Assembly (NCBI GenBank): GCA_023380585.1
Contig: JAMCRN010000004.1
Location: 1-45,347, forward strand
Origin: Candidatus Parvarchaeota archaeon
Lineage (GTDB): Archaea > Nanobdellota > Nanobdellia > Parvarchaeales > Parvarchaeaceae
DNA length: 45,347 nucleotides
Reading direction: 5' to 3'
Position numbers and translations under genes: made by a program. Below are positions 1-9,771 of the stretch, one piece after another. The notes under the pieces are model-generated. The model did no database searches. It saw only the letters and a program-made list of their open reading frames with translations, and was not told the origin of the DNA. Position 1 is the first letter of the stretch. Every line of letters starts with the position of its first letter.

Positions 1-127
1 AGTACGCTGCGCTGTCTGAAGGCTTGAACTGGAATTTGAGTCCTTTCCACGCCTTTCCGTCGTTCTTGGTGTCGTCCTTTGAGTTGAACCTTTCCACCAA
101 AGCTTTCATTGCTTCATGCGATGTCAT
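1..127 (-). CDS. SCP2 (sterol-carrier/lipid-binding) domain-like protein, N-terminal part, runs off window
   Basis: Not in the ORF track. Manual translation from ATG 127: MTSHEAMKALVERFNSKDDTKNDGKAWKGLKFQFKPSDSAAY..., open to the window edge. The helix + W-x-G-x-x-FQF pattern resembles SCP2 N-termini. TATA-like TTTATTAA ~24 nt upstream; directly downstream of the acyl-CoA ligase. Confidence 0.55.
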   Translation of the reverse strand, partial: MTSHEAMKALVERFNSKDDTKNDGKAWKGLKFQFKPSDSAAY

Positions 128-160
128 ATTAGATTATTATGACTTAAAGATTAATAAACT

Positions 161-1762
161 TTAGACTTTGTTCCTTAATTCCTTTTTATCCACTTTGCCG
201 GTACTCGTCTTGGGCAGAGATTCCACGAATATCACTTTGTCTGGTATCCACCATTTCTGTATCCTACCGGTGTCTATGTATTTCTGCAGGTGATCCTTTA
301 TCTCCGATTCTGTTAGGTCTCCGCTCTTTACTATGAAAGCGACAGGTCGCTCTCCCCATTTTTCGCTTGGCATCCCTACCACAGCGACTTCCCCGACTTT
401 GCTGTTCTCGCTTATCGCGTTCTCTATGACAAGAGTCGGTATGAACTCTCCACCGCTTTTAACAGCATCCTTCTCCCTGTCCACTATATGTAGATAGCCG
501 TATGGATCCACGAATCCCAGGTCTTCCGTATGCAGCCAGCCGCCCTTCCAAAGCTCTGCTGTCTTATCCGGTTCTTTGTAATATTCTTTTGTAAGCCATG
601 GCGCCCTCGCTACTATTTCCCCTACGCTCTTTCCGTCATGAGGCAATTCCTTCATGTCCTTGTCCACTACTCTCAAGTCCACCAATGGTACTGGAAGGCC
701 TGCGCTTAGAAGGAATTCGCTTTTCTGCTCCTCTGGTAAGCTTGCAACGTAATCAGTAAGCGTGGCTATCGACAAGACTGGCCCTGTCTCCGAGAGGCCG
801 TATCCGCCTATTGTTGTTATTCCCAATTCTTTCGCCTTAGAGGCCAGGCCTTTCTGCAATGCTGCCCCTCCTATGACGACTTTCCAGGATTTCAGATAAT
901 CCTTATATTCATTTATCTTTGGAGAACTCAATATCATCTGGAGTATTACTGGGACCATCGCTGAGAACGTTACCTTCTCTTTCTTTATCAGTTCCAGGAT
1001 GACGTTCACATCGTACCTGCCAGCAAGTATGTATTTATTGCCTGACAGTATACCTGCGTAAGGCATCCCCCACTGATGGACATGGAAAAGAGGCACCGCA
1101 GTCATGAACACGTCCTTGTCGGTAAGGTTCAGAGGCGGAGAATGAACGACTTCTGATACTGCCAATGCATGAAGTACGAGGTCTTTATGTGTAAATGTCA
1201 CCCCTTTAGGCATGCCTGTCGTGCCTGAAGTGTAGAATATCGTGGCAACGGTGTCCTCCTCAAGGTCCGGCGGATCGTATTCCTGGTCTAGTATGACATC
1301 TTCGTAATTATAGAATGGCGTAAGGCTTGTTTTTATCTCCTTCTTCTCTTCGCTGTATATTATCCAGCCTTTTATGAAGTCAAAAAGCTCCTTATTCTTC
1401 TCTATTATAGGCACGAACTCATCCCTTACTATGACATATTTGTCCCCGGCATGATTCATAGTGTAATATATCAGCTCAGGCGGATAGCGGATGTTCACAG
1501 TGTGCAAGATTGCGCCCATCATAGGCACGGCGAAGTAAGTCTCAAGATATCTGTTTGTGTCCCAGTCCAATACGGCTACTATGTCGCCCTTCTTCACGCC
1601 AAGTTTTTCCAGCCCGGCTGACAGCCCATGGACCCTTTTGAAGAACTTTTCGTAGGAATATCTTTCCTTGTCTGCGTAGAGTATTTCCCTCTCCTTGAAA
1701 TTTCTGACGGTATTTAGAAAAAGATTTTTCAAGATGAGTTTTGTGCCGTAATACCCGTCCAT
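161..1762 (-). CDS. Medium/long-chain fatty-acid--CoA ligase (AMP-binding family, AlkK/FadD-like)
   Basis: AMP-binding motif FYTSGTTGMPKGV, plus GYGLSET, LHTEDLG, DREKD..KSGGE and PKTSTGK. Start moved to ATG 1762 (MDGYYG) because TTTATATAA lies at 1783-1791. Confidence 0.92.
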   Translation of the reverse strand: MDGYYGTKLILKNLFLNTVRNFKEREILYADKERYSYEKFFKRVHGLSAGLEKLGVKKGDIVAVLDWDTNRYLETYFAVPMMGAILHTVNIRYPPELIYYTMNHAGDKYVIVRDEFVPIIEKNKELFDFIKGWIIYSEEKKEIKTSLTPFYNYEDVILDQEYDPPDLEEDTVATIFYTSGTTGMPKGVTFTHKDLVLHALAVSEVVHSPPLNLTDKDVFMTAVPLFHVHQWGMPYAGILSGNKYILAGRYDVNVILELIKKEKVTFSAMVPVILQMILSSPKINEYKDYLKSWKVVIGGAALQKGLASKAKELGITTIGGYGLSETGPVLSIATLTDYVASLPEEQKSEFLLSAGLPVPLVDLRVVDKDMKELPHDGKSVGEIVARAPWLTKEYYKEPDKTAELWKGGWLHTEDLGFVDPYGYLHIVDREKDAVKSGGEFIPTLVIENAISENSKVGEVAVVGMPSEKWGERPVAFIVKSGDLTESEIKDHLQKYIDTGRIQKWWIPDKVIFVESLPKTSTGKVDKKELRNKV

Positions 1763-1859
1763 AAAGAATGGATAAGCTCTTCTTATATAAATCTTACAGG
1801 GGCTAAACAAGCTGCTTCACACTGCCAATGTATAAAAACGCCAGCCGGCTATTATAGTA

Positions 1860-2603
1860 ATGCCATATAATATAATCGTCTGCGTCAAACAGATAGCAGA
1901 TGAAGTAAGGATAGACCCGTCCACAAATGAACCTGTGATATCAAATCCGCAGTACAGGATGGAAGACCTTAGCAAGAACGCAGTCGAGGAGGCCGTGAGA
2001 ATAAAGGAAAAATACGGCGGAAAGATAACAGCGCTGATGTTCTGCAGTGACTCATCCACGCCTGTGATGAAGGAAGCTCTTGCTATGGGAGCAGACGAAG
2101 GAATAATAATAACCGGATATAAGGAGAACTCTCCTGATTTCAGCGCCGCTGTCCTTGCGGAGAAGATAAAGAGCCTCCAATATGATATTGTCATCGCCGG
2201 ATATGCTTCTGCCGACAGCTACACTGCACAGATCCCTGCCAGACTCTCGAAGCTTTTAGGCGTCCCTCTTCTTGGGAGCGCGATCAAGGTAGACATTTCA
2301 GGCAAAAAGATAGATATCCTGAGGGAAGCAGACGACTTAGACATAAAGGAAAGCGCTGATATGCCTGCCGTCATTTCCGTGACGCAGGAGACTAACCAGC
2401 CAAGGCTTCCGCTACTCGCTAATATAATAGCCTCGGCTAGAAAACCCCTGAAGGTAGAGGCCACGGCAGTTCAATACAAAGAAACCTCAAAGATAATAAG
2501 TGATAAAGCACAGCAGAGCAGCAGAAAGCGCATCATATATGAAGACATTAACAAGGGCGTACAAGAAATAACTAAGGTCCTGAAACAGGAGGTAGCGGTA
2601 TGA
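1860..2603 (+). CDS. etfB: Electron transfer flavoprotein beta subunit
   Basis: IIVCVKQI, AVEEAVRIKE, ALAMGADEG, AGxxSxDxxT and NQPRLP motifs; stop overlaps the etfA start (ATGA). Confidence 0.93.
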   Translation: MPYNIIVCVKQIADEVRIDPSTNEPVISNPQYRMEDLSKNAVEEAVRIKEKYGGKITALMFCSDSSTPVMKEALAMGADEGIIITGYKENSPDFSAAVLAEKIKSLQYDIVIAGYASADSYTAQIPARLSKLLGVPLLGSAIKVDISGKKIDILREADDLDIKESADMPAVISVTQETNQPRLPLLANIIASARKPLKVEATAVQYKETSKIISDKAQQSSRKRIIYEDINKGVQEITKVLKQEVAV

Positions 2604-3505
2604 GAGCGCTCTTGTTCTCTGACAAATTAGCGTTTTCTGAGATGATGGCCTCGCTTTTAAGGGACGGATTCGACATAGATATCCTTGCTTTTCCCGACCA
2701 CGCTGCAGACCTGACTGGATATGGGGCAAAGGAGATAAAAGGCATGGAAAAAGAAGATTATGCTGCGGATTCCCTTGCAGATTTTATCGCGGGGATGTCC
2801 AAGGACTATGATTATATTTTCATAGGCGCGACGGTGCTCGGCAGGGAGGCCGCTACGATGCTTTCTGCACTTACTGGTAACGTAATGAAATCAGAGATAA
2901 CAAAAATAGAGATATCCGGAGGAAAGGCTAGGACATCACGGCTGTATTACGGCGGAAAGACAGTATTGGAGGAAGAGTCTGATGCAAAAATATTCACAGT
3001 CTCGCAGGGATTGGTCGAGCCGTCTAGGACCGCTGCCTCATCTAAAACTACAAAGGTGGTGAATCAGAAGACTTCGAAGATAACAGTGGGGGAAAAGATA
3101 GAAAAGCCTTCGACTTCTGTGGATATAACTAAAGCAAGTGTCATAGTCAGCATAGGCAGAGGGATAGGCAAAAAAGAGGGTATAGAGAAGATAAAAGAAC
3201 TGGCCACTCTCTTGCATGGGGAGCTGGCGGGTTCCAGGCCTATATGTTCCGATTATCACTGGCTTGAAGTCGAAAGGCAGGTCGGCCTATCAGGAAAAAC
3301 TGTCTCTCCCAAGATCTACATGGCGATAGGGATATCCGGACAGATACAACACGTAGCTGGTATGAGAAATTCAAAAACAGTTATAGCCATAAACAACGAC
3401 AAGACCGCCCCGATATTCCAGGAATGTGATTATGGTATAGTCGGTGACTTATACTCTGTTGTGCCTCTTCTCATCAATGCCATAAAACAAACAGGCCAAA
3501 GCTAA
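2600..3505 (+). CDS. etfA: Electron transfer flavoprotein alpha subunit
   Basis: FAD-binding motifs VSIGRGIG, GSRP, QVGLSGKTVSP, GISGQIQHVAGM, IAINNDKTAPIF, DYGIVGDL. GGAGG SD-like sequence upstream. Confidence 0.95.
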   Translation: MRALLFSDKLAFSEMMASLLRDGFDIDILAFPDHAADLTGYGAKEIKGMEKEDYAADSLADFIAGMSKDYDYIFIGATVLGREAATMLSALTGNVMKSEITKIEISGGKARTSRLYYGGKTVLEEESDAKIFTVSQGLVEPSRTAASSKTTKVVNQKTSKITVGEKIEKPSTSVDITKASVIVSIGRGIGKKEGIEKIKELATLLHGELAGSRPICSDYHWLEVERQVGLSGKTVSPKIYMAIGISGQIQHVAGMRNSKTVIAINNDKTAPIFQECDYGIVGDLYSVVPLLINAIKQTGQS

Positions 3506-3549
3506 ATCATTAGATACAAACTCTTCCTGCTGGTATTTGTCAAAAACGA

Positions 3550-4971
3550 TTATGAAAACATTGACATCATCGGGCTTGCTACATTGTATAAGCCAGGTAT
3601 TAGAACAGAAGAGCCATTAAACGCGGGTATTCCTGGGACTCCATCAGAGACATTGTCTACAGTGATGTAAGAGTTTATAGCAGGATTGAATAGGCCTATA
3701 TAATAACCACCTTGATTGGAATTTGCTACAACTAGCTGCGAGCCGTCCCAAACTGCTCCCGCATTCGTATACCAGTTAACCGAATTACTTGTATAATTGC
3801 CTTCATACGACAATGAAGGGGAATACGTTAAAAACGTGAGGTTCCCTGCCTCGCCGGTGTTACTTATAACTGTAAAGTTAGCTAAGTCTGCCATCACTAT
3901 GTAATTTGAACCGGTCCAACTTATGCTGTTGAATATCGGTCCATCCTGATTTTTCGACATGTTGTATCCTGAAAGGACACTACTCATATTAATAAAGCCA
4001 GTTTTTGCGGAGTAAACACCAATTTCCGGAACTGAATAATCGGATGTCTCTGAGTTGCCGACAACTACGAAAGCGCTCCCATTCCATGCTGCAGATGAAA
4101 TGATCCAATTGTAATTGGATAGGTTATCCAATAGCATAAATGTGTTTGTCTTCGGAGAGAACAAAAATAGTAAAGGACTAAAACCAGTGGAAGATTTTGA
4201 TAATTCCATGCCGGTTATCAAGAAATCGGTACCATTCCAAGCAGCTGAAGTAAACCAGCCTCTGCCTAATCCAGAAGTATTTAATGGGATTACAGTTTTC
4301 GAAACTGCCGGATTATAAAGGCCGGCTAAGTATGTTGTAAAATTAGTAGGGCCCGGGGAGAATGACTTGCCTCCGACTAATAGGAATTGTGAATCCCCAT
4401 AAGCTGCTCCATCTAACATGGAATAATTAGAGAACCCTGGATCAGATGTATTGAATACCGCAGGTAGCTCAGAATTAAGAACTATAAGCTTAGGTGCTTC
4501 AGTGAAATTGATGTTTAAACTTAAATCATTTACTTTAGAATCCAGGTCCGCTATAACTCCATTCTTTGTGGCCACCTTGCTTAACAAAGCGTTCACTCCG
4601 GCCTGGAGAGAGCCAAATGCTGTATTAAGATTGTCGTATGCTGAAGTTATGTTGTTTAATTCTTTGTCAAGTGTATTCACTTCGTTTTTGTAAGTTGATA
4701 TGTTGTTCTGGGCAGATGCAGCCTCTTTCTGGAACGTCGATTCAGCGCCGTTTATTTTTACTATCTCCGAATTTAAGTTTGACACTTGTCCTTCTAGAGA
4801 AGTTATTTTAGAGGTCTGAGAAGAAGAAAGAGCGCTGAGTGTTGCTATCTGTCCGCTGTCGCTAACTGCCGAAGCATGAATAGACGCAGCAAAATAAATA
4901 GCTATAGAAAGCATCAATATCAGAGAGATCGTTACCGCAAAAAGTCTTTTCTCACTGTTTTTTTGTGACAT
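3550..4971 (-). CDS. Membrane-anchored secreted protein: N-terminal TM, coiled-coil stalk, C-terminal WNG-type repeat (beta-propeller-like) domain
   Basis: Hydrophobic segment aa ~10-30, heptad region aa ~45-150, then six repeats like AAWNGTDFLITG / AAWNGSAFVVVG / AVWDGSQLVV. Many N-x-S/T sequons. Confidence 0.75.
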   Translation of the reverse strand: MSQKNSEKRLFAVTISLILMLSIAIYFAASIHASAVSDSGQIATLSALSSSQTSKITSLEGQVSNLNSEIVKINGAESTFQKEAASAQNNISTYKNEVNTLDKELNNITSAYDNLNTAFGSLQAGVNALLSKVATKNGVIADLDSKVNDLSLNINFTEAPKLIVLNSELPAVFNTSDPGFSNYSMLDGAAYGDSQFLLVGGKSFSPGPTNFTTYLAGLYNPAVSKTVIPLNTSGLGRGWFTSAAWNGTDFLITGMELSKSSTGFSPLLFLFSPKTNTFMLLDNLSNYNWIISSAAWNGSAFVVVGNSETSDYSVPEIGVYSAKTGFINMSSVLSGYNMSKNQDGPIFNSISWTGSNYIVMADLANFTVISNTGEAGNLTFLTYSPSLSYEGNYTSNSVNWYTNAGAVWDGSQLVVANSNQGGYYIGLFNPAINSYITVDNVSDGVPGIPAFNGSSVLIPGLYNVASPMMSMFS

Positions 4972-5057
4972 AACAGTTATGTTTAAGATTATAATTATAT
5001 ATAAAGCTTTCTATTATACCGTAGTGAATTTTATCACTTTTAAAACAAGTGAAAATT

Positions 5058-6896
5058 TTATCGCGTCGGGACAGTCTTTTCTGAGGATGCCTGCAGCACT
5101 TCGGCTATATCGTATACATTAGAATCTTTCGACATTGTGTTGACAGCGTCTTTGAGCATGCTGTTGCAGAACGGGCACATAGTGACGATGTCTTTTGCCC
5201 CTGTCTCTACAAGCTGGTCCACTCTCTCGTGGCTTATGCGTTTTTTCTCCGGCACCTGGTACCAGTAATTCGCTCCTCCGGCGCCGCAGCAGAAAGTCTC
5301 CTTTCCGTGTAAGTGCGGCTCTGATACTTTTGCTACACCGGACAATAGAGATCTCTGAGGCTGAGTAACTCCATTATACCGCGAAAGATAACAGGGGTCA
5401 TGTATCGCAAGGTCTTTTCCGGTCTCTTTGAGTTTAAGTCTCCCTTCTTTCTTTAGTTTGTCAAGGAACTCTGCCTCGTGGTATACTTTTACATTCTTCA
5501 TCCAGTCGTCAAGCTTTGTGTAATCGTTAGAGAACACATTACATCCATGGGGGCAGACCAAAAGCATGTTCGTTACCCCGTATTTTTTGAAGATCTTTAT
5601 GTTATTGAATGCAAAATCCTGGAATAATGCTTCGTCTCCTATCCTTCGCGCTGGATCACCGCAACAGCTTTCTTCTCCGCCGATTATAGCTACTTTGTCT
5701 AGCATCCCAGCCTGCTTTATCAAAGAAACAAGCGATACAATAGACTTCTTCGCATTCGGGTCGAAGCTGGCCATGCACCCTACCCAAAGGAGATATTCGA
5801 AACCTTTGGCTTCAGATACTAGATTTACGCCCATATCTGTGATCCATTTATTTCTGTCGGAATTGGATACGCCAAGAGAATTACGCTTCTGATAAAGATT
5901 GCCCAATAGAGCCGATTTGTTCTTGTCCAGTTTGTTGCTTTCGACAAGATTTCTGCGCAGATCGGTTATTATATCCAGATGCTTTACTCCTACGGGACAG
6001 CTGTTAACGCATGCTGCGCATGTCGTACAGGACCACAATTCATCCTCATTTACGGCATCCATCGGGTTGGCATCCATGTTGCCTTGGCTTTTCTGTATGG
6101 CTAGCTCTCTTATAAGAACTCTTGGTGAAAGCGGTCTGCCAACGGCCGTCGCAGGGCAGGCTGCTTCGCATGCTCCTATCTCTACGCAGGAATCCATAGA
6201 GGCCAGTTCCAATCTATTGAATCCACTAAGTTTGCTCACACCGGCTTTTATTTCGCCGGCCGGTACAGGATTTTTTTGTATTTCTTCTATGTTGAATGGA
6301 AGTCGCAATTCTGAGATGTGCCTCTGGAAATTCTTAAACAAGTTTGTTGATGGTTTAACATAGTACACTGCTACTAGGATGTTTCTAGCCGCATTTAGGA
6401 TATTGCTGGCGTAATCAAACTTTGAAAACCATTCCAATATCAACTGGGCCATCGTAAGCCCTATTACCAATGTCAGGAGAGCCTGCAGCGTTTCCGATCT
6501 TGCCTGGAACTCTTTGTCTTTTCCCAGATATTTGCCTGTATTTTTGCTGCTTCTGGCTCTCCCTAGCTTCCACCAAAACGCTACCCCGAGGCCTGCTACA
6601 AACGGTAAGGATACTGCCAACAAGGAGTATCTTAGGACTGTAGGCACTGAAAACGGATTTAGAAGCGCCAAAAGCGTGGAGAGCAGAAGGCTTCCGGCTA
6701 TTGTGGCGTCCATCCTGTCCGTCAATGGTCCTTTTACAAGCCTCCTGGACTCGAACTTTACAAGAGACGCGAACCTGCCTATGTTTATTTTTACAGAAAA
6801 CCGTTTAGCCCAAAAAAAGAAGGAAACGACTATCAGAAAGACGCTGATTATTACAGAATAATACGTAAAATCATATAAGGGAAGATAAACGCCCAT
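5058..6896 (-). CDS. Membrane-bound Fe-S oxidoreductase, FadF/HdrD-like (probable ETF:quinone oxidoreductase)
   Basis: About 5 TM helices, ferredoxin motifs CVEIGACEAACP and CTTCAACVNSCP, and two CCG domains (WVGC..ESCCGDP..CPHG; HDPCYLSR..FCCGAGG..CPFC). Lies near etfBA. Confidence 0.88.
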   Translation of the reverse strand: MGVYLPLYDFTYYSVIISVFLIVVSFFFWAKRFSVKINIGRFASLVKFESRRLVKGPLTDRMDATIAGSLLLSTLLALLNPFSVPTVLRYSLLAVSLPFVAGLGVAFWWKLGRARSSKNTGKYLGKDKEFQARSETLQALLTLVIGLTMAQLILEWFSKFDYASNILNAARNILVAVYYVKPSTNLFKNFQRHISELRLPFNIEEIQKNPVPAGEIKAGVSKLSGFNRLELASMDSCVEIGACEAACPATAVGRPLSPRVLIRELAIQKSQGNMDANPMDAVNEDELWSCTTCAACVNSCPVGVKHLDIITDLRRNLVESNKLDKNKSALLGNLYQKRNSLGVSNSDRNKWITDMGVNLVSEAKGFEYLLWVGCMASFDPNAKKSIVSLVSLIKQAGMLDKVAIIGGEESCCGDPARRIGDEALFQDFAFNNIKIFKKYGVTNMLLVCPHGCNVFSNDYTKLDDWMKNVKVYHEAEFLDKLKKEGRLKLKETGKDLAIHDPCYLSRYNGVTQPQRSLLSGVAKVSEPHLHGKETFCCGAGGANYWYQVPEKKRISHERVDQLVETGAKDIVTMCPFCNSMLKDAVNTMSKDSNVYDIAEVLQASSEKTVPTR

Positions 6897-7020
6897 TTAG
6901 AATTATAAAATTTATCATATTTATATGATTACCTTGGCTAAATGATCAGGCAGCGTAGGACAACGTTTACTTACTTCTTTCTCTATATACTCATACATCC
7001 CAGGAAGATATTTGGACAAG

Positions 7021-8436
7021 TCAGCTGTGACCGCTGCACTTCATGCTCTTCTCCACATCGGAGAAGCCAGTATAAAAACTTCCTGTCATGTCGCTTGGGA
7101 ACACTGCACCGACTTCAAAACACAATGTAGAGTTCTGTATGTAGAATGCCGCAGAAAAACCAGAAAAAGGAACACGCGTCAGGTTGAATATCTTGCTCTG
7201 AGAATAACCTAACTGGAACCCTATATGGTTTGAGATGTTGACGAGCAATATCTCCGACGGCAGGACAGCGGCTGCGGAACTGTTATTCGCGGTCTTGTTT
7301 TTTATCTGCGACAGCATGTAACCGGTTATGTTTATTGGAAAAGTCTTGTTGATGCCAGTGACGTTTAGGCCGCTCAGATAATGCTGAAAAGCCGATGGCG
7401 ACATCTTGAAAAAACTAAGATTAGAATGGGAGGTGTTGAGCAATTGCGAGCCTACCACTATCACGGATAGGTCTTTAAGGGGAGGGAATTCCGACTCCAG
7501 ATATTTCCTGGCGGCCTCCGAATTGTTCTGTTTCGAATATTCCTCGGCTGTTTTGGAGAGATTGAAAGACTTTATACTGTTGGCAATAGATGGCGCATCA
7601 CCTATCGTGGTTAGTATGAACTGGTAAGGCAACAGAACTGTTATCGTTGTATTAGCAAACGAATTTCTGCTGGTGTTAGAAACGTTTATCTTGTTTCCCA
7701 CCCCGATGTACGGCGATACAAAAGAAGCTACGCTATTGAGATTTATAGATGCCATACTGGACGGATAAGAATAATTCAGAGAGCCTGAAGAAAACTTGCT
7801 AAGATGATTCGGGCTTGAGAGGACGGAGAATATGGAGGAACTGCCTAAGGAGTAAGCCGAGGATAGCTGCGACGGGAACACTATGTATATCATCGAAAAG
7901 CTTATTATTATGACTATGACGCCTGCGAAGAAGGCGGTCAGCCCATAAGAAAGCCCGTTTAGGCCGCCATCCAAACCATTAAGGGATAAGATTATCAGTA
8001 GCAGCAAGGCTGCGTATACGAATATGCCTATATACAGAAGATAACTTATAGAGGTACTGAAAAAAGACGCGCCAAAAACAATAAGCATCGCCAAAGCGCT
8101 CACGCACAACGCCATCCCAAGCACCGCTCCCTTCACCTGGTTTTCCTTGAGCCATCTTCCACCAAGATGGAAGAGGCGGCTGACGATTATAGCAGATATT
8201 CCTAAAACGATGATCAAAGCGCCAATAAAACTAAGAGTATTTGGGAATAGGTATGCGGAAACGGAGCGCGGTAAAAACGCGTCCAAAATACGCACTCCCA
8301 AAGTCACAAGTATACCTATGAACAGCGTAAGCGAGCCTACTATCATGGTCAATACTCCGATCAGCCACATCAGGAAAGGGGCTGCGTATGGACGTCGTTT
8401 TTTCTCCGTCTTCATATTCGTCTTCTCGCTTCTCAT
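7021..8436 (-). CDS. Hypothetical membrane protein (about 5 N-terminal TM helices plus an extracellular Ser/Asn-rich domain)
   Basis: 471-aa ORF; hydrophobic N-terminal half, sequon-rich C-terminal half; TATA-like sequence upstream. Confidence 0.75.
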   Translation of the reverse strand: MRSEKTNMKTEKKRRPYAAPFLMWLIGVLTMIVGSLTLFIGILVTLGVRILDAFLPRSVSAYLFPNTLSFIGALIIVLGISAIIVSRLFHLGGRWLKENQVKGAVLGMALCVSALAMLIVFGASFFSTSISYLLYIGIFVYAALLLLIILSLNGLDGGLNGLSYGLTAFFAGVIVIIISFSMIYIVFPSQLSSAYSLGSSSIFSVLSSPNHLSKFSSGSLNYSYPSSMASINLNSVASFVSPYIGVGNKINVSNTSRNSFANTTITVLLPYQFILTTIGDAPSIANSIKSFNLSKTAEEYSKQNNSEAARKYLESEFPPLKDLSVIVVGSQLLNTSHSNLSFFKMSPSAFQHYLSGLNVTGINKTFPINITGYMLSQIKNKTANNSSAAAVLPSEILLVNISNHIGFQLGYSQSKIFNLTRVPFSGFSAAFYIQNSTLCFEVGAVFPSDMTGSFYTGFSDVEKSMKCSGHS

Positions 8437-8503
8437 AAATAATAATAGTGTCGCTTTGTTTAAATATTATGGAAAGCCATACTCGCTGGAATTAGATAAG
8501 ATT

Positions 8504-9739
8504 TTATCTTATGTTCTTTATCGAGTACTTCTTCGAGTCTTCTATAAGTTTGGAAACATCTTCGCTGGAGAAGTTCTGTGCCTTTGAAACAGAGAATATT
8601 TCACTCTTTAGACTTTTCCCGAATATGCCTTTATCATCTGTGCCTATCACCACTGGTATTTTTTTGTTCATAAGTTTTCTTATTGGATGGTCTGCAAAAT
8701 CTTTTATATCTGAGACCATTATATTAGCTGTCGGATTTATTTCCACGGCAACACCACTGTCTTTTAACTCGTCCAGCACGTCTTCCTGTCTTTGTATTAT
8801 CCTATCTATCCTGCCTTTTGTGTATTCTTTACCGAAATCGTCTTTCTGCCTAAAGTATATGTTCGGATCGATTATCGCTGCAAGCCCGTGGCCTATGCGG
8901 GCGGAATGGAGGGAATGTATCGACTCCATTATATTGTCCAGTCCCTCCTCGAGGCTCCTTGGGGATTCTCCGGCGTGAGGCACGGCTACTAACCCCATCT
9001 CCTCCCTTGCATACCTAAAAACGCCTTCTAGGCTTTTCATTGGGAGGATTTCCTGGTTCACAGCATCTATGCCGACCACGATATCTGATGCGTTTCTGTG
9101 ATGAGACAAATGCTCGTCTATCTTTTCCATCTGTTTCTCTAAGTTCCCTATCTTCTGGCTGTCTGGCCTGCCAAGATCGTCTACATAGTGCTGCTTCGCT
9201 ATCCCTAGAGTCAGATTCGCCTCAAACCCGTCCAGTTTCGACATCGCGTTTTCTATGCCTGCTACATACTCGTTTATCACGTCTACAGGGTCAGCAGCTG
9301 TGCCGGCTCTTACTGGGGAGAATGGATCCGCCCTTAATTCAAGATATCTGACTCCCTCTGTGTATGAGTCTACGCACACTGCCTCTGTCGCCTCAGTCCT
9401 TATCCTGCCATTGCAGAGTACAACATTAACAACCGGAAACCTTTGAAGTATGCTTTTGAAATTCGACATTGTCTTTTTGAGCACTCTGCTGTTTTCATTG
9501 TATACGAAATTATCGATGAAATATCTTCTATCGTCTTCTTGGTAACCCGATTCTTTTGCAAGGGAATCTATCAGCCCGGGACAGAACGGTTCAAGAAGCC
9601 TGTACAACTGCTCTCTTTTAACTTTATAAAGGCGGTATCGCAGAATCAGGTCGAATAGCGTTTCTGGCTTTACACTGCCGCTTATATGTGCGTGAAGGTC
9701 ATATAGACCATTATCTGGTATGTTTATTCCGTTTTCCAT
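8504..9739 (-). CDS. add: Adenosine/adenine deaminase family amidohydrolase
   Basis: DLHAHISGS (HxH), YLELR, PHAGE, RIGHG, EINPTAN and GTDD metal-binding/catalytic motifs. Confidence 0.85.
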   Translation of the reverse strand: MENGINIPDNGLYDLHAHISGSVKPETLFDLILRYRLYKVKREQLYRLLEPFCPGLIDSLAKESGYQEDDRRYFIDNFVYNENSRVLKKTMSNFKSILQRFPVVNVVLCNGRIRTEATEAVCVDSYTEGVRYLELRADPFSPVRAGTAADPVDVINEYVAGIENAMSKLDGFEANLTLGIAKQHYVDDLGRPDSQKIGNLEKQMEKIDEHLSHHRNASDIVVGIDAVNQEILPMKSLEGVFRYAREEMGLVAVPHAGESPRSLEEGLDNIMESIHSLHSARIGHGLAAIIDPNIYFRQKDDFGKEYTKGRIDRIIQRQEDVLDELKDSGVAVEINPTANIMVSDIKDFADHPIRKLMNKKIPVVIGTDDKGIFGKSLKSEIFSVSKAQNFSSEDVSKLIEDSKKYSIKNIR

Positions 9740-9771
9740 ATGTATTATTTTTGTATGTGTTTAAATTATTT

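Noticed and set aside
8504..9739. Adenosine deaminase as a RADAR (RdrB) or CRISPR-linked effector, or as editor of the tRNA-like element
   Set aside because: No RdrA ATPase, CARF domain or cas genes nearby. Size and motifs fit a free nucleoside deaminase; tRNA editors belong to the CDA fold.
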